Assembly (NCBI GenBank): GCA_965637545.1
Contig: OZ281494.1
Location: forward strand, 13,764,001 to 13,828,000
Direction: 5' to 3'
DNA from: Phallusia mammillata
Taxonomy: Eukaryota
Length of the DNA stretch: 64,000 nt
In this document: in pieces, positions 1-12,300 of the stretch
How the letters are laid out: each line of letters starts with the position of its first letter
Numbering within the stretch: the first letter of the stretch is position 1
Program-made: the position numbers and the translations under genes
Notes under the pieces: model-generated
The model's input: the letters and a program-made list of their open reading frames with translations, nothing else
What the model was told of the DNA's origin: nothing
The model's database searches: none

Positions 1-367
1 TCCCAAATCCCAACCCGCGTCGTGAATTCGTGCCATGGACTTTACTTGGCCAGAAATTTAATCTTGTCAATATTAATAAGTTTGGAGTACGACTGTAAGG
101 CGGTGACGCTAAAACGTTTGAGCTTTATTTGCAAATTTCGCCAAATACCTCATAATCTTTGAATTATATGAGGGTATATGTTGACTGTGGAAGATTGAAC
201 TATGTTGTGAAGATAAAGTAGCACTAAGTACGCGTTATTCTTGAAAATTATCATGACTGTGGTCCCATAGTGCTATTAAACTTAACTTTACTGCCTGCAA
301 TAAATGGAACCATATAATTTCGCTATCTTACCTCCTTATTTTTGTTATTTACGATTTTTCGTTGCAG

Positions 368-3300
368 GTCTTTCGATCGATCGCCAGAAAGAGATTCTTT
401 TCTGGGCCGACGCAGCCGAGGACAGGATCGAGATGATATATTTAAACGGGACTGGACGTCGTACGTTGTTGGAAGATCACCTTCCTCATGTGTTTGGTCT
501 GAGGTAAGCTATATGATGCAAGTCATTACACCAGGCAAAACAAATTGTGACTGTAAGATTTAAAAAAATCGAAGCATATTTTTGGTGACTGACATTTTCA
601 AATTAGTGATTAAAAACTAGACTCTAACTTGAAACACGAAAGTGGAAAGACGAGAGAATATAGTGAATACATGCATGTTACAAATATTACATCGTTATTT
701 ATATCGTCTCCCATAAGACACTCCTCTATAAAATTGGACATTACTAATTAATGGCCATAGTTTAAACGTTTACTATGAAATATATGCAATATTTACAATT
801 TCTTAGCAGCTTTGCGGTGACACGCAACGGATGTTATGACTAGAGATGTACCGAATATTCGGCCGAATCGGCCACTTTTGCAAAGATTCGGTTTCGGCCG
901 AATAATTTGTTGCGATTCGGCCGAAACCGAATCTTTTACGAACACACATTTAAAGTGTTAAACGTGTCTTTTCTGCTTATTTCCAACCAAAATCGCGTCA
1001 ATCATTATATTTTTTAACACATTGACGCTTTTCCCACTGCAGACAAAAAAACAGTTTATCGATGTCGGGTTGGCAATCATACTTGAGGCAATGTTAAACC
1101 CCACAGAACTAAAATAAGGACGAAACACAACCATTCTGCACTAATTGCCTGAGAGATAAACTTATGTTTTCATGTCAAACGTGAAGGGTACGACTTCGCG
1201 TGACGTCATAAATGATTCGGTTGATCCGGCCGAATTTATTCGGCAAAACCGCCGAATATTCGGTTTCGGCCGAATCGAAATTTAGCCGATTCGGTACATC
1301 ACTAGTTATGACCACATTTATGGATACATGATTAAACCTGTTGCCTGCTTGATTAAGTTTTTAAATAACTTTCCAAATCGTAAAATATCAATACCTAGTT
1401 CTTTTGCGTACTGTATTGACTAGCCTACTCAAAAATTTAAAAAGGCTCAAAATAATCTTTACCTAATGTCATTGCTTTTCATCTTCAGTTGCCTTGGCGA
1501 CTATCTCTACTGGACCGACTGGCAACGTAGGCGAATCGACCGCATGAAGGTCGGCTTTCCCAAGACGCGAAAGATGCTGATTGACAGGTTACCCGACCTT
1601 ATGGGCATAGTGGCAACTAGCATGGAGCCTCAGCCCGGAAGCAACCCATGCGCCAGCAACAACGGTGGCTGCTCCCATCTGTGCTTGTATACTCCGCAGG
1701 TGAGCGACCTTTCTGCATGTGGTATGCAGGCTAGAGCAGGTGCGCCGGTCGCCTTGCACTGACAGCTTCGACTTTTGGCTGTTGGGCCGAAGTGTTTGTC
1801 ATGTTTATGCACAGGACGGTAGGACAGATGGTGCTGTTGTGATCACGGCTTTGTGACGTTTTTAGTGTTTGGAGCACCGAGTTCAAAATAATATTTGTAG
1901 TTGAAAATCCCCTTTTGGCCTGATTAAAGGGTACTTTTAATTTTTATAGCTAAAGAAGCGTTTTTAAATATCCATTTAGTCACTTATTTTGCCTGAAAGT
2001 TAAGTTCCTAATATATCAACTTCCTATTTTCCAACCACTTTAAATATCCTTATATGTCTTGAACCATGGACCACTGAGGTGATATAGTGTTGGAATGGCG
2101 TTGGAACCCACAAAAACTGTTGTTGAGTAAATAACGTAATTCAGGATAAATTTCGAGCTTTGTCACCTGAATAGCAGCAGTTTGTCACCTTTGCAAATTC
2201 CTTCAAAATTCTCGCCTGCGAGCGTCTTCTCATTAACGCATCGTCTGTCGCTTGTTTTTTGTTTGTGGTGCTCTCGTGTTCAAGTTGACCGTGTACACGA
2301 GGTTACGTTTACGGTACGATTCGGTAGATGGAATTTGCGCCATGTGCCATGTTATATCCTCGCACGGTTAGGCATTCAAAAACATGGAACGCGATAATTG
2401 CACGGGCCGATGTTGCGGGGGCGATAACAACCAACAGTCAGACGTCGTCGTGGCTTTCCCCTTTCTCCCATAATATCGTTTCGTCGTAATGACACATCCC
2501 GCTAGAAAAACAGCATCATCCTAAGTTCGACCTCTTTTGAGTGGCATTAACCGTACGTTGTAGGCTGTTAAAGAATTTTTCTCGGCGACATTTTTTGCGC
2601 CTGTGTCAACTCTATCCTTAACCTTCCGAGTTCACCAGCTTTGTTTTATCGCGTGTTTCCCGTAATGAAGCTGCCGACACATTCGCATGCGCAGTTTGTA
2701 TCACTGACATCAGCGTTGAAAAAGCTCACCCGACCTCTTGTGTTGTGAGAAGCGAAATCGAACCCCACGGCGCCTGTCAAAACAGTCTGTCTGCATGAGG
2801 TTATTGTTATCACCAACAGACTGCGTGCCCCTCGATTTTTTAGCACCTAAACGCAAAACCAACACTTTCATATTCCCACACCGCTCGGATTTGAACCCTG
2901 ACCCTTGTGTTTCCGTTGTGTTGCGATTTGTTTGGAGCACGCTTGTGTAAGTGTTGGGGCAGTGATCTGTTTTTGACTGCATGTTAGGTCGAGTTACGAC
3001 GAACTGCTATAGTGTACAGCGCCATGCTGACTGAGGTTTTGTAACGTTAAGCCTGGTCGTGTTAGTGTTGCAAATATCCGAGTCACACTATTAGGTAGTT
3101 TGCAAGTACGTGTTCTCAAATGTTATGAACGCGCTAACGAACTTTGACAGGAGGAAATCATATTTGTGCCTGTTGTAACCTGTATATTATTGGCATGGCC
3201 TGTAAACGGTTTTAAATAGATGCAAATTCTTAATCAGTAAGTTAGTGTCATTTGACTATATTGGCAAAAGATATATATACTTCTTGTTACACCGATCGCT

Positions 3301-6300
3301 AATTTACTACACCAGCTACATTCAAGGGTAGGCGTAATGCGTTCCAGCAACTTTTTCTGCAAAGGTCTGTTTGCACGGGCGAGCCACTAATCCCATATTA
3401 AGCCTTACAAATTCCTAAATCGCAGGTGTGGCTCACAACCTGTCGCTCAATGCCTCGTTTCAATTCAGCTGCTGCTCCTCCCGTCCGTCAACGCAAAACT
3501 TGATGTTAGCCGCTTCACCTGCAGTCAATAGGCCGATTTCAGAGCCCCTGGTTTATGATTTAGCTTCAGTCGGCCGCGACCCTATCGTGTACGAACTTAT
3601 CGTCGGTGCTAATTTCTCTGTCGCGGGATCGAGTCTTGCTTGTGTTTTCGTTCGCATGAGCGACGGCTGAGATTCTTGGCGCCCCTGTCCGTCTTGTAAC
3701 CCCAAACCTCGCCCCGTTGTGTTAGTTTGGCGAAAGTTCACTGGCAAATGCGCAAACGCTAAAATTAGAAAGCGACCCCTTATGTACCAGTACGCGTTCA
3801 TAAAAGGCGTGAAATTGGGCGATATTACCTTAGCACAACTTCTAGCTAAATATGGACTCTTCAAGGCCTTAAAATACATTTTCAATGTATGTTTTTCCAA
3901 ACCTGTCTACAAAATCCTTAAGAAACAACCAAACCTAATCTTCACACGAATTGCTTTTTACAGGGACCTCGCTGTCAGTGTCCTAATGGCCTGGAATTGG
4001 CTCCCGACATGCTCGGCTGCATCGTACCGGAAGCTTACTTGCTCTTCTCACTTCCGGCCGTCGGAAGCATCCGCGGAATTTCGCTCGACACAGCAGCAGG
4101 GGACTCTCCCATTCCGTTTACAACGTCAGTTGACGCCAACGCGCTGGATTTCTCGGTGGCCGACAACATGATATACTGGATCGACGTAACAAACAAGGTA
4201 TGATTGTGTTTAAATTACGTTTGATTTTTGTTGCGTCGTGGTTGGGCTAAACTTACCGCAGTGGTATATATCGTTATAGATCGGAGTTCTCAACTTTTTT
4301 GACGAAGGGCCTTAACGAAAGTTCTGCGGCCATTTTGATTTGATAATAATAACAGTACGCTAACCGTTCGTGGTTCAAAGGTTGGGATCCGGTTTTTAAT
4401 GACCATACATTCGCATCAATTTTTTTCTCGTGCCTGTTTGACCTCATCCGCCCCGCAGTCTCTAACTTGAAGACTCCGAATGTAGACCAATGCTCATTTA
4501 ACAAAAGCGACTTTTGAGAGTTGTTATACCTTGCGTACGTAGCGTTTGCGTTCACCGAAACAATGCGAAATATATGACAACAAGTTTCAAAATCTGTAAT
4601 TTGGATTGGTAAGAAGTTTTGCAAAGCAAAGCATTACGCAATTTGATTCAATTGTACCCGTAAGAAAGTCACACCAGGCGTTTGTCCAACAAAATGGACT
4701 ATAAAATTTACATTAGAAAATAACTTATTTCCAGTCCATACTCCACATACCGGTTGTAACAATTTTTAAAATGTCGCACAATAAAGCATTTCTCAAATCT
4801 TGCTTAACTTGCGTGAGCAGGTGGGTTTTGGTGTTGATGGCAAACGCAACCTCAAATATTTTCAACGACAACAAATTAACACGAGATTCTTGCGAGAACC
4901 CCAAACAGACATGTTTATTGCTTACGGGCAACGACCCACATACTGAGTACATGTTTTGGATTTACGGTCGTATTATTTATCGTTCATGTTTTCTGTACAC
5001 AGAGATGCTAGGGTCTTTGTTTACTCATCTGGGTTTGGGTTTAGGAGAAAAACACACGTTTTCCGTTTTCTATAAACGACTCTCTTTGTTCTTCTGGACT
5101 TATTTTTACTTGGTTACTTGGCAATCGAACTAAAATGAAACAGCTTTCCGAAATAATTTTGCAGCCACAAAAAAGTAGAAACGATTTATTGTCTAGTGCA
5201 GTGATCTGGTGTTTCGAGAAAGATCGTCTATTGTTCCTCAAGAAATTCGTTGGTTTGTCTTGTTCCATGGAACAGTTGTCAAAAATCACAAATATTAATG
5301 CATACTGTGTTCCGTGGCTTTTTTTAAAGATTAAACAACGCTGGCTTTAATGTTCACAACCTAAAAATCTTAGCACACCCCTTTTTAATGCAATGTTTTT
5401 TATTCCATCGTTTATCACTTTTCGGCTTATGTAAGTCAAAGTCGTCTGCAAACTCCTAGCAACCGACATTATCGAATGCCCAGAATCGCCCATAACCTCG
5501 GTATCTATAAAACACTCGCCTTTTCAGTCGCCCCGACAACCCACCGTTAGCCGTGAGATACACTTCAACTTTTCAACTCCCTTTATTTCTATCTTATGTC
5601 GACGATGTGGTCCAGACCCGCTGTGGACCACCCACGATACAGACGACTATATGGAGGTTTCGAGCTAATAGCTATATTTATAAGGGACCCGGTACAGACG
5701 GCGGTTAAAACATTGAACGTAAGATGTTACATTCACAAGGTCGTGGAGGAAAGCTATTTGCGGCAGCATTAGAGCCTTGCGTTTCGTTGAACGAGCCTTG
5801 CGTTTCGTTGAACGAGCCTTGCGTTTCGTGAAAATTAAGCTAATAACGGCATTTTTAGATTTCCTTTGAATATGGTGAATCTTGACCCTTCTTTCAAATC
5901 TCGAACCTTTTTTAAATTTATTTAAGCAATTGTGGTGCTGTCGTGTATCGACAATTGTAAAGCAAGAGTAAAATATTGGTAAAAATAACACTGTCATTAA
6001 TATAATCAAAACACAGGTAATTAAAAAACACGCTTCTTTTCTGATTCGGCAATTCGATTTTTCGGATAATCGTTTGTGCGTTTTCTGAAGCTTTATTTAG
6101 CAATACGAATTATAGTTTATACCGAAGTCCAGCTGGTACGCAAACTTACTGTTAACAGATCGTTTCAGGGGTGCGAAAAACTATCATGCCAGTATCCACT
6201 ACTTCCGTCATACACACCAACCCTAACCACACTTAACAATTGTGGTTGTAAGTACCACCAACACTGGCAGGCAATTACCAAACAACAAGTGGTTATTTAT

Positions 6301-9300
6301 CATCTTGCCTGTCTCCTGTTTCCGATCGCATTACACAAGTTTGCGCATTCGTTCTTCTACCGTAACGCCCCGAAAACTTGAAGGTTGCTTCTCGTTTGTC
6401 TTACTCGCAGGAATTCCAAAGTTGACAGGCGAAATCTCCCCGTTCCCGCGCATTTTAACTGCCTCGTTTGGTTTCGACGGCTTGTTGTCGGTTTATGAAT
6501 GCGCACTTGACGCCGCAAATGCATCGCACTTAGTGTATATGCCTGTGTACGCTCGTGAAAATTCCGAACTAAAAATCGCTTCAGTAAATTTGTGCGTTCT
6601 AAAAATATAGGCGGAAATCTTTGAAGTGAAAAATTAAAGAGCGTCTACTTTTCAGAATTTTAGTCGATAATATTTTCCTAATTTACTTTTTAAAGAAACT
6701 TTGAAGCTTTTTCTTTGTAAAACGCAAGGACTTGAGCTTAGCCAACTTTTTTGCCTTACATCCATAGCTTACTGCTGCGCTATCACGTTATATACCTAAA
6801 ACACAAACATTTGTAAATGGTACTTGTGATTATCCTTGAAGTTTTATAACGTAAGTTTGTTCTGCAGAAAATCTCGCGCGCCTACATGAACGGCTCTCAC
6901 GTGGAAGATTTCATCAGTGTTGGACTTGAATCCCTCGAAGGTTTGGCTGTTGACTGGATTGGACGCAACGTGTATTGGTCCGATGCTGCCACCAAGCGGA
7001 TCGAGGTGGCACGAATGGACGGTACCAGTAGGAGACCTATTATCTGGGAGAACTTGGACGACTTGCGCAGTTTGGCAGTGGACCCAAGTAACGGGTTAGT
7101 ACCAACTTATTGTCATTTCTTTCAAATTAGATCGCAAGATTTTAAGCGGCTTTCGCTATTGAAAGATGCCTTGCAGCCTGTGTCCACATTAGTACTATAC
7201 AGTCAAGGTTAGCAAATTAATTTGCATAATATATGTTAATATGTGAGTGTAAATACAGGGCCTGTGTTTTTCACCCAAATACTATAAAGCACCGACGTTT
7301 TAACTATTTTCCACAATTTTAAACCATTTCCTCATGTCTACACATTTCTTCCTTTGCCTAAGCATAGCATAAAATATTTCAAAAGGCGTTCAGTCTTTTT
7401 TCCACAGGTAAAACTCCCTGTTACAATTTACCCCACTCTTTAATTTTAACTTGTGTTTTTTTGTGCAGTTACATTTACTGGTCACAGTGGGGTCCTGACC
7501 CGTGTATAATGCGAGCCGAACTAGATGGTTCAAACCCGGTAGAAATCAATGAGAATCCGGTGGGTCGACCCAACTCACTCACCATCGATTATGCCGAACA
7601 GAGACTTTACTTCGTGGATCTTGAGATCAGAACAATCGTTTCAACCAACATGAATGGTCAGTTTCACGTTTTTACTTGCAATTAACCATAGTGTAAAATT
7701 TTAGTGTCCTTGTGACATGTTGATATTAGTTTTTGCTATCTTGAAAACTTTGTCCTTTTTTGTTTTTAATCCCTTACATTCCGAAAAATTTCAAGCGGTA
7801 GTTTCTGTTAAGACTTAGTTAAATTTACTACAAAAGTTGAAGTATCTGTGTTGATTTTTGCCACATTTACAATGAACATTTACTGCAAACAATTCAAGTT
7901 TTTACTCTATTTACATTTATGCAGTAACTGTAGACAGTTTTTCCACACTTAAACGTTGCAGTGATGGTCAAGTGGTGGCCCATAAAGATCGTTTGCATTA
8001 AGTTAACTCTTCTTTGTTTTCTTTTTTCTGAAACAGGTAGCGACCTTCGAGAAGTCGTTCGTGGCAAAAGCAACCAGACTTTCTTCAGTCTAACCTTATT
8101 TGGCGATTACATCTACTGGTCAGACAGCACCAAGAAGTCCATAGAGAGAGCCAACAAAATCACTGGCAACAACAGGTAAGCTTAAGTTGAAACAGTTTTA
8201 AGCTTTCGTGCATATTTTAGATCCAAATGTCTAGAATCAGTACTGTGTGTCTGTTTTGAAGATTGTATTTACCAGCTTGATGTTAAACATTAGTTTGTAT
8301 GAATACAGTCAACCTCGGTTAATCCGGACCCGTTTGGAACAAAAAAATTTCCGGGTTGGGCGAAGACCCGAATTAACCGATAGAAACTAGTTGAAGCGTC
8401 ATTTGTACCTGAAGTTTTGTCTAAATTAGGCGAAGATCCGGATAAACCGAATCCAGATTAACCGAGGTTTACTGTATTGCGTATCTAATGTCGCAGACTT
8501 TGCCCCTTGTAGATGTAAAAAAGGGAATATATTATTTTGTCGTATTTCTAAGCTACAATTTATTTGTGTTAAGACTGGCCGTACTGTCACATTAGTCTAA
8601 AATTGTTTTGCACCAATTTATTCTGCAAGTTGACTTTATTTTCACCATGCTTTTCTTTTACAGCCGTGTCATTGAGAAAGGTTTGAGTGACTTGGAAGAC
8701 ATGCTGGTGTACCATGCATCTCGTCAAAGCGGCGTTACAGCCTGCTCCCATCTCAACGGAGGTTGCCAACATCTGTGTCTGAGTTTACACGCCGGGCGAC
8801 ATAAGTGTTCCTGCCCTGCTCACTACACTCTCAACCCCGACAATGTTACTTGTGCTGGTACGTTGTTTTGAGTTTGTCCTTTATGAAACAGTAGTGACAT
8901 AAAATACGGTTAGAGTTATCACTTTTGAATGCGGTTAGTTGGCAAGGTGAAAACTGCCATAACTATGTCCCAAATTTCTGGTTATATTAGAAATTTTGAT
9001 ATATATGCCTGTCTTCACGTTATATTGACTTAATAATCGGTCAAGACTACATGACTACAAGCTTAGCCCATATGGGCATACAATTCTGCATACAAGATTA
9101 CATATCAGTGGAATGTTAGATTCTGTTTTCAAATTTCTTACGGAAACGGTCAAATTTACGTTGCATTATCTTGCAATGATGTAGGTTTCCATCTAACGTT
9201 TTTTTTGCTTTACAGCCCCGAAAAACTTTCTTCTTGTGAGTCGCAACAAATATATTACCCGCATCATCTTCGAGTCATCGAACGGTCAAGTTGGAGTTGT

Positions 9301-12300
9301 GCCCGGTGGCGTTATGGGCAACAGAGGCTCGTCAAAGAGACAACAGCCCCAACCAGTCACCATCAAACCTGGCCCTGACGCCGTGCTACCAATCAGAGGC
9401 ATAAAGGTAACTTACTTTACCTTACGTTACGTTACTTACCAGTTTTACGGTACCTCCTTTTTTATTTATTTTTTCACGGAGTTCCAAACTCGGACGTTTG
9501 ACGAATCGCGATCAAGTTTTTTATGTCTTTATATCAGTCAGGTGCCCTGGACCATTCGGCCAATTTTCTACCTACATAAAGGTTACTCCTAGCGCCTTAG
9601 GTGGTTGTCAAGTATCCATAGAATTCATCTAACTTTTTTTCCAAAGAGCAAATTATCTAGATGCTATGTTACAAAACTTGACCGAGTACCATTACTTAGT
9701 TACTTGTAGTTTCAAATCACAAGATGGACTATAAAGTAACGCTCTGAACTCAAACTCACATGCTCTTTTGGTGTAACTTTGTTTAACCGTTACAGGAGGC
9801 ATTTGCCATTGACTACGACCCGATTGATCAACGAGTTTATTGGTTAGATTACAAACTCGCTCAAATTTGGAGTTCTCGACCAAACGGAACAGATGTAAGT
9901 TGAAATATGCATCCAGCACAAGCGCCTGATGTTACCTTTTGTGTACGCTGTATTTATTTTATTTGTTCCTGTTTAGCGTCGAATTCTGTTGGATGGAAAT
10001 CGCACTGGCCACAAGCCCTACGACATAGCAGTGGATCCTTACAGCAGGGCAATGTACTGGACAGATGCGGCTAACAACACGGTATGTGTATATGTGTGAG
10101 AAGTTTGTTGTGCTTAACCATAGCCAGCGTACATTATTGAAACACACCTTGCAGTCTTTCAGTGGAAAAAGGCTGAATCTTACCAAAACCCAAATGTCCT
10201 TTTTCGTGGTTCCCACTTTTATGGGGTGAACTTTTATAGGGGTGGATGAACTGATGAACTAATTTAAACAGCACTTGTTGAATTTGTGGCACGAAGTATT
10301 GGTCTTTATTCAGTACAAATGCGGTTCGCTTTTTAATGCAAGGCGAACTTAAACCTTTTCAGATTAACTTGATCAAGTTGAACGGCACTGTGGTAGGAAC
10401 GGTACTGACTGGCCCGATTAAACCTGGTGTATCTGGTCGTTCATCATTTGAAGCTATGCCAAGAAAGTTGGCCGTCGATCCAATGAGAGGGTGAGTACTC
10501 AAAATACTGCAGAAGTAGCGAATTGCACGGCACAATTAAATTCAATTTCATTTAATTTTACGCAAATTTGGTGGCATGTATTTAAACCTAAACTATAAAT
10601 TTAAATAACCCTTTTTTCCGCCCAAACTTATTTTATTTTCCCCAAAAAATGTAAAATGTTGAGACGAGTGTCGATGTTGTTCTCTTTATTTGAGGGATTA
10701 ACCAAGAGTTTTTCCATCTTACAGTCGAATGTACTTTACCAACATTTGCCGGGACGTTAAGTCGTGTCGTCTCAAAATCGTGGTTGCCACAATCGACGGT
10801 TCAGATCCAATTGTTCTCATTCCACGCAGTTTGCGCAACGTCACTGCACTTGCGGTCGACAGCAAATCGAAACAGTGAGTTGAAATTTAAACTAAAACAT
10901 AAAAAATAACGGTATTTCGTATCTTACTCATGTTTCGAAGGCCATAAGCTTAACTTTGAATTTTTTGTATTCAGACTGTTTTGGGCGGATCGTAATATCA
11001 TTGAGAAGTCGACTCTAGATGGAAAGGAACGTACCGCGTTCATACAAACCGGTCTTCTTGCCCCAGTCGGTCTCACTGTGTTTGGCGAAAACCTGTACTG
11101 GGTCGACGCGGAGGTAAAATTTACTTTTAGTAGTGATGTAAACAATCTATTAGTACGAAATTTTCGTATTTGGTCCGAGTCTTATTTAGACCATTTGATG
11201 CATAACTACTTCACAGTATACGTTATGCACCCACAGTATAGCAGTTAGCGAATTGTTTTAGGCGTTTGAGATATACTCCTGGACACTTTACAGTAATACT
11301 TCCAGCATTTGCATTCAATGGTGTTTTTGTTGTTTAGTATATTGGCATCTATATACTTGCAGGCGAGTGGCGGTTTGATCGAAGGAGCCAACAAAATGGA
11401 TCGAAGCAACCGACACAAGATACAAGGCCGTGTCGACCACTTGCGTGACGTTGTCGCTGTTACGTCGATGACCCTGGATGACCTCAGTAGGGACCTTACT
11501 TGTTTTAATCCATACTGTTGTTGTATACTTGTTGTGTATGGTTCTCAACCTGGGACATCTAAGGAGTTTACGCGATAGGTTCGGGGGTCCGTAAATGTAA
11601 ACAATGATTTTTAAGTACCTATAAACAGGTTGAACTTATAGTAGGGGTCCGTTGCTTAAAAAATCTTTTGGAAACACTGTTTTTTGGAACGCATGTCAAT
11701 TGTGAATGCGCCGAATAAATTATAGGTTCCAAAAGTTAGGAATTCTGTCAAATAATGGATTCAGTCGGTAACCACTATGATATTAGGCCTAGGGTTCAAG
11801 AAGGGTATCATTATTCAGCTTACGTTCCAAACAACCTAACCTAACTGCTGGTTAACATAGGTTTCCTACTTAAACCGTATGTTTTTAAAAAGAGAGCAGC
11901 AATTTGAAAGTCGGTGTTTTGTTACAACAGATAAACATCCGTGTAAGACTGATAATGGAGGATGTTCGCATATTTGCTTGCCCAACGAAGACGGAACAAG
12001 TAAATGTCTTTGCCCAAACCATCTCACCAAGTCTGATGAGTTTGTTTGCAGTAAGTCATTGTTGTTTTGTGTTGATTAAATAAACAACTTGAAAGATCAA
12101 CACATAATAGTTACGGTTGCAGTCTAATATAATATGCTGTGTGCTCGTTCAAATGAGCACGTGTTTTATTTGGGTTCCAAACGTTTAAAATGTGTATTTG
12201 TACAGCGACACGCATACATTGCTGATGTTTAGTCCTAATCGAAAATCCCCAAAATAGTGCGGCCTATTTTATTGTTTCCTTGCAACGTCGAACACTTTTT

